Origin: an uncultured Gammaproteobacteria bacterium
GTDB lineage: Bacteria > Patescibacteriota > Microgenomatia > Daviesbacterales > UBA10151
Assembly (NCBI GenBank): GCA_964547465.1
Contig: CAZJNI010000004.1
Location: 19,927 to 83,926 of the forward strand
Direction: 5' to 3'
Length of the DNA stretch: 64,000 bases
In this document: piece after piece, positions 11,704-20,452 of the stretch
Position numbering within the stretch: position 1 is the stretch's first letter
How the letters are laid out: each line of letters begins with the position of its first letter
Position numbers and translations under genes: made by a program
The notes under the pieces: model-generated
The model's database searches: none
What the model saw: the letters and a program-made list of their open reading frames with translations, nothing else
Told to the model about the DNA's origin: nothing

Positions 11704-11928
11704 ATGGACAGTAAATTAAGACAGGAAAAATTAAAAATGTGGAAAGAAAATCTAGCTAATTTGGAAAAACAACTGGCAGAGATTTTAATTAAAAAAGGCC
11801 AGGCGGCACAGGAGGGCGATTTATCTGAAAACGCAGCCTACAGCATGGCAATTGAAGATTCTGAAACAGCCAGAGTCAGGATTGAAGAAGTTAAAAAAAT
11901 TATTAAAGATTTGGAAGAGAGTAAATAA
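11704..11928 (+). CDS. Stand-alone GreA/GreB N-terminal coiled-coil domain-like protein (74 aa)
   Basis: [17 protein letters not shown] matches Gre-factor NTD signature GDL(K/S)ENAEY with acidic tip residues; no C-terminal FKBP-like domain; stop overlaps fusA start. Confidence 0.5.
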   Translation: MDSKLRQEKLKMWKENLANLEKQLAEILIKKGQAAQEGDLSENAAYSMAIEDSETARVRIEEVKKIIKDLEESK

Positions 11929-14072
11929 TGGCTGTAACTAAGACCAAACGTGATTTTCCACTAGATCGTATACGTAATATTGGTATTATTGCCCATATTG
12001 ATGCCGGGAAAACTACTACCACCGAGCGAATCCTCTTTTATACAGGAAGATCCTACAAAATCGGTAATATTGATGAGGGAACAACTGTAACCGACTGGAT
12101 GGAACAGGAGCGGGAGCGTGGTATAACTATTGTTTCTGCCGCAATTACCACTTTTTGGACAGTCAAAAAAGACCAGGGATTATTTAAAGATTTAGAAACC
12201 AGAATTAACTTAATTGATACTCCGGGACACGTTGATTTTACAGCAGAGGTGGAAAGATCTTTGCGTGTTTTAGATGGAGCGGTGATTGTTTTGGATAGCT
12301 CTTCCGGCGTCCAATCTCAAACAGAGACTGTCTGGAGACAGGCTAATAAATATGGGGTACCCTTGATTGCTTTTGCCAACAAAATGGATGTGGTGGGTGC
12401 GGATTTTATGGCTACAATACAATCTGCCAGGGATAGGCTGGGAGCTAATGCTGTTGCCTATAATTTGCCAATTGGCAAAGAAAATGATTTTAAAGGTGTG
12501 GTAGATTTGCTTACTCAAAAAGCATATGAGTGGATGGGTGATGAAACAGGCGCCATGTTTAATGAGATAGAAATCCCCTCTGATATGGCAGATAGCGTAA
12601 AAATAGCCCGGGAAAAGCTGGTTGAGGAAATTTCCGGTTGCGATGATGTTTTAATGGAAAAATATCTGGGTGGGCAGGAAATGTCTGTGGAAGAGTTAAA
12701 AATAGCCCTAAGGAAAGCGGTGATTGGAAATAAAATTGTGCCTGTTATGGCAGGATCATCTCTGCGGAATAAAGGTGTTCAGCCAATGTTGGATAGTGTG
12801 GTGGAATATCTGCCATCCCCCCAGGATATTATCTCCTTTAAAGGCAAAAATCCAAAAACCGGGGAGGAAGAGGAAAGAAAATCTGATCCGAGTGCTCCTC
12901 TTTCTGCTCTAGCCTTTAAAATTCAGGTTGATCCCCATGTTGGAAAATTAACTTATATTAGAGTTTATTCAGGAACGCTAAAAAGCGGAACATATGTTTA
13001 TAATTCCACCAAACAGATTAAAGAAAGAGTCGGTAGATTGTTGTTAATGCATGCCAATGACCGGGAAGAGATAGACGAGGCATATGCCGGAGAGATTGTG
13101 GCAGCTGTTGGACTTAAAGATACAATTACCGGAGATACGCTTTGTGATGAAAATGCTTTGATCGTCTTAGAATCTATCAATTTCCCTGATCCTGTTATAT
13201 CACTCGCAATTGAGCCAAAGACAAAGTCAGATCAGGAAAAGTTAGGCTATGCCCTAAACCGTCTTGCAGAAGAAGATCCAACATTTAGAGTAAAGTCTGA
13301 CCCTGAAACCGGACAAACAATTATTGCCGGAATGGGTGAGCTGCAGCTGGAAATTTTAGTTGAAAGGATGAAAAGAGAATTTAAGGTGGATGCTAATGTG
13401 GGTCAGCCACAAGTTGCATATAAAGAGACTATTACCAAAGCGGCTGAAGGAGAAGGCAAGTATATCCGTCAAACAGGAGGCAGAGGTCAGTATGGTCATT
13501 GTTTGCTCAAGATTGAACCACTTCCTCGCGGCCTTGGTCGGGAATTTGAATCAGCAGTGGTGGGTGGAGCAATTCCCAGAGAATTTATTCCGCCAATTGA
13601 AAAAGGTGTGATTGAAAAAGAAGACACCGGAATTCTGGCAGGATATCCGCTAACAGATATAAAAGTGACTGTTTATGATGGTTCATTCCATGATGTTGAT
13701 TCCTCTGAAGTTGCATTTAAAATCGCTGCATCTTTGGGTTTATCTGAAGCTGCCAAAAAAGCAGACATGATTTTGCTTGAGCCAATCATGAAGGTGGAAG
13801 TGACCACTCCTGATGAGTTCATGGGAGATGTGATTGGGGATTTATCTTCTAAAAGAGCTCAAATTTTAGGAAGCTATAAAAGAGGAAATTATACTGTGAT
13901 TGATGCGCTGGTGCCTTTGGCAGAAATGCATGGATATGCAACAGCTTTGAGGAGTATGTCTCAAGGCCGGGCCGGATATTACATGGAAGCAGACCACTAT
14001 GACCCGGTGCCCAAAAATATTACGGAGAAAATTGTGGAAACTTCAGGATTTACCGGTCGAGTTGAGCATTAA
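11928..14072 (+). CDS. fusA: Elongation factor G
   Basis: [17 protein letters not shown] GTPase motifs, 714 aa. Confidence 0.95.
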   Translation: MAVTKTKRDFPLDRIRNIGIIAHIDAGKTTTTERILFYTGRSYKIGNIDEGTTVTDWMEQERERGITIVSAAITTFWTVKKDQGLFKDLETRINLIDTPGHVDFTAEVERSLRVLDGAVIVLDSSSGVQSQTETVWRQANKYGVPLIAFANKMDVVGADFMATIQSARDRLGANAVAYNLPIGKENDFKGVVDLLTQKAYEWMGDETGAMFNEIEIPSDMADSVKIAREKLVEEISGCDDVLMEKYLGGQEMSVEELKIALRKAVIGNKIVPVMAGSSLRNKGVQPMLDSVVEYLPSPQDIISFKGKNPKTGEEEERKSDPSAPLSALAFKIQVDPHVGKLTYIRVYSGTLKSGTYVYNSTKQIKERVGRLLLMHANDREEIDEAYAGEIVAAVGLKDTITGDTLCDENALIVLESINFPDPVISLAIEPKTKSDQEKLGYALNRLAEEDPTFRVKSDPETGQTIIAGMGELQLEILVERMKREFKVDANVGQPQVAYKETITKAAEGEGKYIRQTGGRGQYGHCLLKIEPLPRGLGREFESAVVGGAIPREFIPPIEKGVIEKEDTGILAGYPLTDIKVTVYDGSFHDVDSSEVAFKIAASLGLSEAAKKADMILLEPIMKVEVTTPDEFMGDVIGDLSSKRAQILGSYKRGNYTVIDALVPLAEMHGYATALRSMSQGRAGYYMEADHYDPVPKNITEKIVETSGFTGRVEH

Positions 14073-14362
14073 TCTTTTTTATGAAGAATAAAATAATGAC
14101 TAAGCTGTTGGTAGGTTTCAGCATTTTTAGCGGTTTTTAACCCGTGGATCATCTGACTCCTGATTCTTTGCTCAACTATTTCTATAGACTCATTAGGCCA
14201 ACCTCCAGCTTTTATACCTAGGGGAATAAATTCTAAATAAGTAAATCTTCCAACAGCTATTTTTAGTTGTGACTGTATTACTGGTATTTCGCAGGTTTGT
14301 ACCCATGTTGTTCCTGTATCAGCTACAGGAATTAAATATTCTCCAAGTTCAATTTTTCCCAT
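14069..14362 (-). CDS. Hypothetical protein
   Basis: 97 aa ORF convergent with fusA; no recognisable family. Confidence 0.2.
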   Translation of the reverse strand: MGKIELGEYLIPVADTGTTWVQTCEIPVIQSQLKIAVGRFTYLEFIPLGIKAGGWPNESIEIVEQRIRSQMIHGLKTAKNAETYQQLSHYFILHKKD

Positions 14363-14437
14363 CAGAGGATTTTAACAGGAAGAAGCTGGGGAATCAAATA
14401 TTTGACAAAGAAGTAAATTTTATCTAAGCTGGAATTA

Positions 14438-15052
14438 ATGTCTAATTCAAATCAAGACAAAGGCTCGGCTCACCTTGTGGCTATATTATCAGTTGGCCTT
14501 GGAGCTCTTTTAGTTATTTCTTCTGCAATACCAGTTAACAGAAACTACAATGACGGAAAGTCTGATGTAGCCGGAGTATATCTGGCCAAAGGAGATGCCT
14601 CTAAATCCGCAATGATGGAAAAGCAGGATTTTAAGATTGCAACGTCCGGTGGCCAAACAGCTTTGGTGAATAAAAGAGTAGGAGCTTTGTCAAATTTCCC
14701 AATATCTGTTGACCCGGTCACCAAACAGCTAACTGTCACCACCCCGGCAGGATCTAAAATAGTAGCAGTTTTACCACAGCAGGCAATAGATAATATGCTG
14801 GCGTCACATGTAATGACTGATGTGATGGGAGAAAAGGTAAATAGTGAGCTGGCAAGCATTCCCAGTCTGGTAAAATTGGAGGAGAAAAACGGGGTGTTGG
14901 TTTATAAAGTTAAAGGAACAAAAACCCATAAATTGTTAGGTTTTATCCCCATAAAGACCGGAGTTGAGGCTTTTGTTTCAGCTGAAAACGGCCAGGTTGT
15001 TGAAAGCACTGATTCTCTTCTTGGCAGGATCCTCAACAGACTTGCTCCTTAA
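14438..15052 (+). CDS. Hypothetical membrane-anchored (signal/TM N-terminus) protein
   Basis: N-terminal hydrophobic segment AHLVAILSVGLGALLVISSAI then soluble domain; inserted between fusA and tuf. Confidence 0.4.
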   Translation: MSNSNQDKGSAHLVAILSVGLGALLVISSAIPVNRNYNDGKSDVAGVYLAKGDASKSAMMEKQDFKIATSGGQTALVNKRVGALSNFPISVDPVTKQLTVTTPAGSKIVAVLPQQAIDNMLASHVMTDVMGEKVNSELASIPSLVKLEEKNGVLVYKVKGTKTHKLLGFIPIKTGVEAFVSAENGQVVESTDSLLGRILNRLAP

Positions 15053-15099
15053 AGATAACCCTTGCAAAAGTATGCAATTCCCGCTAAAATAACAAGATT

Positions 15100-16284
15100 A
15101 TGGCTGAACAGAAAAAATTTGATAGAAGTAAACCACACGTTAATGTTGGGACCATGGGTCATGTTGACCATGGTAAGACAACTTTAACCGCAGCAATTAC
15201 TAATGTTTTGGCTGCCAAAGGTCTGGCAGAGAAAAGGTCAGTTGATCAAATTGACAATGCTCCAGAGGAAAAAGCCCGCGGTATTACTATTAACATTTCC
15301 CACCAGGAATATGAGACAGAAAAAAGGCATTATGCTCATATAGACATGCCTGGACACGCAGACTATATTAAAAACATGATTACCGGCGCCGCCCAAACAG
15401 ATGGCGCCATTTTAGTGGTTTCTGCTCCTGACGGACCAATGCCACAAACTCGTGAGCATCTTTTGCTTGCCAGACAGGTTGGAGTTCCGGCAATTGTGGT
15501 TTTCTTAAATAAAGTAGACATGGTTGATGATCCGGAATTACTTGATTTGGTGGAAGAAGAAGTTAGAGACTTACTTAAAAAATATGAATACGATCCGCAA
15601 TCTCCCATAATTCGTGGAAGCGCTAAAAAAGCACTTGAAGGTGACGCTGAATCTGTTAAAGCAATTGAAGAATTAATGGCTAAAGTGGATGAGTGGATTC
15701 CAACTCCAGTTCGTGATGTAGAAAAACCATTTTTAATGGCTGTGGAGGATGTTTTCTCAATCAAGGGTCGTGGAACTGTAGTAACTGGCCGTATTGAGCG
15801 AGGTAAGGTTAAAGTTAACGAGGAAATTGAAATTGTGGGTATTAGACCTACAAAGAAGTCTGTTGTAACTGGAATTGAAATGTTTCATAAAATGCTTGAT
15901 GAAGGTCAGGCCGGTGATAATGCCGGAATTTTGCTCCGCGGAATTGAAAAAGATGATGTAGAACGTGGACAAGTTTTAGCCAAACCAGGCTCAATTACCC
16001 CTCATAGCGAGTTTGAAGCAGAAGTTTATATTTTATCCAAAGAAGAAGGGGGACGTCACACTCCATTTTTCAAAGGCTACAGACCACAATTTTATATCAG
16101 GACAACTGATGTGACTGGTGAAGTGACTCTACCTGCAGGCACAGAAATGGCTATGCCGGGAGATACTGTTAAAGTTACCGGAAAATTAATTACACCGGTT
16201 GCTATGGAAGATGGTTTGAGATTTGCCATCCGGGAGGGTGGAAAAACTGTTGGAGCTGGAGTAATAACGAAAATTATTGCTTAG
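15100..16284 (+). CDS. tuf: Elongation factor Tu
   Basis: [22 protein letters not shown] motifs, 394 aa. Confidence 0.95.
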   Translation: MAEQKKFDRSKPHVNVGTMGHVDHGKTTLTAAITNVLAAKGLAEKRSVDQIDNAPEEKARGITINISHQEYETEKRHYAHIDMPGHADYIKNMITGAAQTDGAILVVSAPDGPMPQTREHLLLARQVGVPAIVVFLNKVDMVDDPELLDLVEEEVRDLLKKYEYDPQSPIIRGSAKKALEGDAESVKAIEELMAKVDEWIPTPVRDVEKPFLMAVEDVFSIKGRGTVVTGRIERGKVKVNEEIEIVGIRPTKKSVVTGIEMFHKMLDEGQAGDNAGILLRGIEKDDVERGQVLAKPGSITPHSEFEAEVYILSKEEGGRHTPFFKGYRPQFYIRTTDVTGEVTLPAGTEMAMPGDTVKVTGKLITPVAMEDGLRFAIREGGKTVGAGVITKIIA

Positions 16285-16292
16285 CTCAAGTT

Positions 16293-16366
16293 GTCATTGC
16301 GAGCCCGAAGGGCGTGGCAATCTTATTAATAAGATCCTCACGTCGCTTCGCTCCTCAGGATGACAA
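16293..16366. repeat. Palindromic MITE-like element copy A (GTCATTGCGAG...CTCAGGATGAC)
   Basis: Shares termini and central GTGGCAATCTTATT/AATAAGAT core with 6 other copies. Confidence 0.8.
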
Positions 16367-16397
16367 TATAGTATAATTTGCACATTGAAAGGGAAAT

Positions 16398-16706
16398 ATG
16401 CCAAGAGGAAGAATCAGAGTAAAACTGAAAAGTTTTGATCACCGGGTACTAGATCATACCTGTGAATCCCTTTTGGATACAGCCCTTCGAACCGGAGCTA
16501 AAATTGTTGGCCCAGTCCCCTTACCTACAAAAATTGAGCGAATTACAGTTTTAACCTCCCCGCATACAGATAAAGATAGCAGGGAAGCATTTGAAATAAA
16601 AACCCACAAAAGAATGATTGATATAGTTGAGCCTACCCAAAAAACCATAGACTCCCTGATGCATCTTGAAATCCCGGCCGGAGTTGACATAGAAGTAAAA
16701 ATGTAG
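16398..16706 (+). CDS. rpsJ: 30S ribosomal protein S10
   Basis: S10 homology [15 protein letters not shown]..., 102 aa. Confidence 0.9.
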   Translation: MPRGRIRVKLKSFDHRVLDHTCESLLDTALRTGAKIVGPVPLPTKIERITVLTSPHTDKDSREAFEIKTHKRMIDIVEPTQKTIDSLMHLEIPAGVDIEVKM

Positions 16707-16723
16707 TATAAAATGAAGCTAAT

Positions 16724-17287
16724 ATGGTAGAAAAGGGTCCACAGGTTACATGGAAAGAATATAATGAATGGTATCGGGCTACTCGTGATCAAAGGATTGA
16801 AGGGGAGCTAGCATATGGACAATGGCCTGAAGGAACACCACAAATCTTCATTGATTTAGAAAAGAGAATACCTTCTGAAGAAAGGTCAGATTGGCATCTC
16901 TTAGAGCTTTTTGCTGGACGACATCCGCGTAAGTGGAAATTTACAAGACCATCAATTGAAGAAATTTTAGCCAGACCTGCTGATTATGCAGCTATAAAAG
17001 AAGAAGAATCTAGAAAAAGAATAGAGGCAAGGGGAGGAAAATTATTAAAAGAGCAAGTGGAAGAGGTTTTGGATACTTTGACTGATAGAGAAAACAGAGT
17101 AATGAGGTTAAGATTTGGTTTAGAGGATGGTCGCTCTAGAACCTTAAAAGAGGCTGGTATTGAGTTTGGAATGGAAGTTAGAGGACAGGCCTATTCTGGG
17201 GAAAGAATTCGTCAAATAGAGGCTAAAGCTTTGCGGAAACTTAGACGTCCTTCAATAGTACAACCCCTTCAAGACTATTTAGCATAG
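16724..17287 (+). CDS. Sigma-70 region 4 (HTH) domain protein without region 2
   Basis: C-terminus [25 protein letters not shown]...[17 protein letters not shown] nearly identical to RpoD region 4.2; N-terminal ~110 aa unrelated to sigma regions 1-3. Confidence 0.6.
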   Translation: MVEKGPQVTWKEYNEWYRATRDQRIEGELAYGQWPEGTPQIFIDLEKRIPSEERSDWHLLELFAGRHPRKWKFTRPSIEEILARPADYAAIKEEESRKRIEARGGKLLKEQVEEVLDTLTDRENRVMRLRFGLEDGRSRTLKEAGIEFGMEVRGQAYSGERIRQIEAKALRKLRRPSIVQPLQDYLA

Positions 17288-17378
17288 AATTATTCCAGCC
17301 TGCACTTTGCTAATCCCACTTCGGGAGTGTGATTTTCAATTAAAGTGTACGATCGTACAAGTATAAAAACATCCCTTC

Positions 17379-17460
17379 GTCATTGCGAAGCCACGAAGTG
17401 GCTGTGGCAATCTTATTTCAATAAGATTCCCACGACTTACTTCGTAAGTCTCGGGATGAC
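17379..17460. repeat. Palindromic MITE-like element copy B
   Basis: GTCATTGCGAAGCCACGAAGTGGCTGTGGCAATCTTATT...AATAAGATTCCCACGACTTACTTCGTAAGTCTCGGGATGAC. Confidence 0.8.
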
Positions 17461-17746
17461 TAGTTAATATTTTTGTATAGATCCTTGAGGCTTGGATTAA
17501 ATTTACTAATTAATTTTTCTTTTGCTGCTCTATTCCAACTTTTAATCTGTTTTTCTCGCTCAATCGCAGTTTCTGGGTCATAATAAACTTCATAAAATAG
17601 AAGTTCATGAACCTGATATTTTTGGGTGAATCCTTTTACCAGATTATTTTTATGTTGCCAAACTCTTCTTAATAAGTTATTTGTGATTCCTGTGTATAAC
17701 ACTGTTCTAGTGAAGTTACTTAGGATATAGACATAATATTGTTTCA
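17460..17746 (-). CDS. GIY-YIG nuclease family protein (small, UPF0213-like)
   Basis: YYVYILSN...LYTGITNNLLRRVWQH GIY-YIG motif; ORF track extends to 17852 through a MITE copy, true start likely MKQYYVY. Confidence 0.6.
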
Positions 17747-17764
17747 TAAGATTATTATAGATAG

Positions 17765-17840
17765 GATCGCCACGCTTCGCTCGCGATGACGAGATAATAA
17801 GATTCCCACGGTCCGCCTTTGGCGGACCTCGGAATGACAA
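17765..17840. repeat. MITE-like element copy C (rearranged/right-half-rich)
   Basis: CTCGCGATGAC then AATAAGATTCCCACGGTCCGCCTTTGGCGGACCTCGGAATGAC. Confidence 0.7.
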
Positions 17841-17872
17841 TGGTGGGTGCATGCCGGCTATGCATCCTTAGC

Positions 17873-18112
17873 TCATTCAGCCAGATATCCTTTTATTTCT
17901 TCAACTCTTTGCTGAAAGTTTAAAATATCTTCAGGCCAAAGTAGAAATGAATTTCTCCTTCTTTCTCCGTTTTCTCCAACAAAAGCTGATTCTGTTATTT
18001 TTAGATATCTTTTATTATTGGAAGCAACGTAGCAATCAAAGAAGAAAGTTCTTTTACCGCACTTTAACGTAGAAGATTGAACTGGTTTCCTGATCTCTTT
18101 CTGTTTGTCCAT
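17873..18112 (-). CDS. PUR-alpha-like nucleic-acid-binding protein (DUF3276-like)
   Basis: KRTFFFD...NNKRYLKITE resembles PUR repeat/DUF3276 signature; 79 aa. Confidence 0.4.
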   Translation of the reverse strand: MDKQKEIRKPVQSSTLKCGKRTFFFDCYVASNNKRYLKITESAFVGENGERRRNSFLLWPEDILNFQQRVEEIKGYLAE

Positions 18113-18230
18113 GCCTGTATATTCACCCCCTTTCCTAAATCTCTGATTCCATAATTACATTACCCCAATAAAACCCTAATGTCAAGTAGGTCAAAATATA
18201 TCAACCCCGCTGAGCGGGGTCAATTTGCCC

Positions 18231-18259
18231 TTGCATTTGAGCTTAAGTCTTGATACAAT
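18231..18259 (+). promoter_or_regulatory. Sigma70-like promoter TTGCAT-17-TACAAT for the rplC (S10) operon
   Basis: Hexamers at 18231-18236 and 18254-18259. Confidence 0.5.
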
Positions 18260-18353
18260 TGCCTAACATGATAAGGTCAGGTTAATTTTTAACCTTAAAT
18301 TTCAGTAGATCGTGCGTCGGGTTTTTCGATACGACGATTGAAGGCGAGATACT

Positions 18354-18392
18354 GAGTGAGCGCTCCAATAAAATGGGCCTCACTCTTTTTAA
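18354..18392 (+). promoter_or_regulatory. Leader hairpin + T-run (attenuator-like) immediately upstream of rplC start
   Basis: GAGTGAG-N20-CTCACTC followed by TTTTT, 12 nt before rplC ATG; preceded by second hairpin CGTCG-N12-CGACG. Confidence 0.4.
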
Positions 18393-18403
18393 TGGATAAA
18401 TTT

Positions 18404-19210
18404 ATGATAAGTACATTACTCGGTATAAAAAAGAATATGACCAGCACTTATGATTCTCGTGGCAGAAGAGTCGGGGCAACTGTGGTTGAAATTCAGCCAA
18501 ATTTAGTTACCCAAATAAAGACTAAAGAGGGAAAAGACGGCTACGGGGGGATACAGCTCGGGTTTGGAACAAAAAGGTCTGTTAAAAAACCCCAACTCGG
18601 ACTTGGAAAAAAAATAGGGGTAGATCAACCAATCCGCTGGTTTAGGGAAGTTAAAATTGAAGGAGATCCCTCGACTTCGCTCGGGACTATTCAGCCTGGA
18701 CAAGCAATTACACTTGACCAGGTTTTTTCAATAGGAGACGCAATAAAAGTTCAGGGGACTTCCAAAGGTAAGGGTTTTCAAGGCGGAGTCAGAAGACATG
18801 GCTTCCATGGCGGATCAAGAACCCATGGTCAGTCAGATAGAATGAGAGCCCCAGGAGCGATTGGTTCCGGAACAACTCCGGGAAGAGTTTATAAAGGTAA
18901 AAAAATGGCAGGACATATGGGTAATATTTCTGTTAGCACTAAAAATTTGGAAGTTGTAGGACTGGATAAAGAGAAGAATTTATTGGTTATTAAAGGTGCA
19001 GTTCCCGGAGCAACAGGGGGACTTGTAACATTAACAAAACTTGGTCGGGTTAAAGGTTATACTCCTCCGCCGGAAGAAAAGCCGGATGAAGAAGGTGAAG
19101 GGGAAAGCGTAAAGGGTGAAGAAAAGATAGAAGGTCCACAAGAAACAGTAGCACAGCAACCAGCTGAAGAAGTAAAAACTGAGGAGGTAAAGACAGATGC
19201 CAAGAGTTAA
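18404..19210 (+). CDS. rplC: 50S ribosomal protein L3 with ~55 aa acidic/Lys C-terminal extension
   Basis: MISTLLGIKKNMTS... aligns to L3 N-terminus; ORF opens earlier at 18356 in leader; tail PPPEEKPDEEGEGES...EEVKTEEVKTDAKS. Confidence 0.9.
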   Translation: MISTLLGIKKNMTSTYDSRGRRVGATVVEIQPNLVTQIKTKEGKDGYGGIQLGFGTKRSVKKPQLGLGKKIGVDQPIRWFREVKIEGDPSTSLGTIQPGQAITLDQVFSIGDAIKVQGTSKGKGFQGGVRRHGFHGGSRTHGQSDRMRAPGAIGSGTTPGRVYKGKKMAGHMGNISVSTKNLEVVGLDKEKNLLVIKGAVPGATGGLVTLTKLGRVKGYTPPPEEKPDEEGEGESVKGEEKIEGPQETVAQQPAEEVKTEEVKTDAKS

Positions 19211-20006
19211 AAAAAATTCAAATACTACGTCATTGCGAGCCCGCGAAGCGAGGCGTGGCAATCTCATTAAAAAGATTGCTTTGTCGTCAAAGACTCCTCG
19301 CAATGACAGGAGGATTTCTACCCGAGTCAGTTTATCTGTACCAGTGTGTTCATTAGCAGGTAGAGCTGCTGGAAATTTATCACTCCCTAAAGAATTTTTT
19401 GGAGCAGAGGTTAACAAAAAACTTTTAGCTCAAGCGCTAAGAGTTTATACAACTAATCAAAAAAGTTTAACCGGTAATACTAAAACCCGAGGTGAGGTTG
19501 AAGGGTCAACTGCCAAAATTTACAGACAAAAAGGGACAGGTCGGGCCAGGCATGGTGCAATCAGGGCTCCAATATTTGTTGGAGGAGGAATTACTTTTGG
19601 TCCTAAGGAGAGGAAAGTAAGATTAGATCTCCCCCAAAAAATGAAAAAATCTGCGCTAAAGTCTGCGCTGTCCTCTAAAGTAATAGATAAATCTGTAATG
19701 GGATTGTCTGGAATCGAGAAAGCATCAGGTAAGACAAAAGAAATAGCGAAATTAATGTATCAAGTATCAAGTATCAGGTATCAAGGGAAAGATAAAAAAT
19801 CTAAGAAGATTACCAGTACATTAATTGTAACAGGAGATAAGGTAGATAATATACTTCGTGGAGCTAGAAATATTCCAGGGGTTGATATTTTAACAGTTAA
19901 TTTAATTAATGCTTATGAGGTAGCAAGACATGATTTGCTACTTATTACCAAAGAAGCTGTAGATGTTTTAAGCGGAAAGGGTAAAGCGGAAAGGGTAAAG
20001 TTATGA
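19197..20006 (+). CDS. rplD: 50S ribosomal protein L4 (true start possibly in-frame GTG ~19344 downstream of MITE copy)
   Basis: QKGTGRARHGAIRAPIFVGGGITFGP L4 core; first ~50 codons of ORF are encoded by the MITE copy. Confidence 0.85.
   Translation: MPRVKKNSNTTSLRAREARRGNLIKKIALSSKTPRNDRRISTRVSLSVPVCSLAGRAAGNLSLPKEFFGAEVNKKLLAQALRVYTTNQKSLTGNTKTRGEVEGSTAKIYRQKGTGRARHGAIRAPIFVGGGITFGPKERKVRLDLPQKMKKSALKSALSSKVIDKSVMGLSGIEKASGKTKEIAKLMYQVSSIRYQGKDKKSKKITSTLIVTGDKVDNILRGARNIPGVDILTVNLINAYEVARHDLLLITKEAVDVLSGKGKAERVKL
19229..19307. repeat. MITE-like element copy D (inside annotated 5' end of rplD ORF)
   Basis: GTCATTGCGAGCCCGCGAAGCGAGGCGTGGCAATCTCATT...CTCCTCGCAATGAC. Confidence 0.8.
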
Positions 20007-20434
20007 TAATTTTGAAAAGACCAATAATTTCTGAAAAATCTATGAGACTTGCCAAGAGTGGTTTATATACTTTTGAAGTAGATAAAAAAGCCACCAAAGA
20101 CTTAATCTCTAAAGTTGTTGCCCAAACTTTCAATGTTAAAGTTTTAGGGGTTAAAGTAGCTAATGTTAAAGGGAAAATTAAGATGCAAAAGTCGGTAAGA
20201 AAATATTTTAAAACATCCACCATAAAAAAAGCTTTTGTACAAGTTAAAAAAGGTGAGAAAATTGCCATTTTTGAAACACCAAAAGATGAGGAAGCAGTGG
20301 TGACTACAGCTGAAGGTGAACCTCAAATTATGAGGGAGAAAAAAGATTTATTGGGTAGAACAAAGGTGAGAATTGAAAAGCGCGCAGTAGGTGCTGCACC
20401 AACAACCCAGAGGAAAGTGATAACAGGCAAGTAG
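20003..20434 (+). CDS. rplW: 50S ribosomal protein L23 with ~40 aa C-terminal extension
   Basis: L23 homology in first ~95 aa. Confidence 0.85.
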   Translation: MIILKRPIISEKSMRLAKSGLYTFEVDKKATKDLISKVVAQTFNVKVLGVKVANVKGKIKMQKSVRKYFKTSTIKKAFVQVKKGEKIAIFETPKDEEAVVTTAEGEPQIMREKKDLLGRTKVRIEKRAVGAAPTTQRKVITGK

Positions 20435-20452
20435 ATTTATGATTTAGGATTT

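Noticed and set aside
14545-15972. Minus-strand ORFs 14545-14859, 15363-15764, 15757-15972
   Set aside because: Antisense shadows of the 14438-15052 gene and of tuf.
19031-19417. 128-aa minus-strand ORF spanning the rplC/rplD junction
   Set aside because: Antisense to r-protein genes; partly a translation of the MITE copy.
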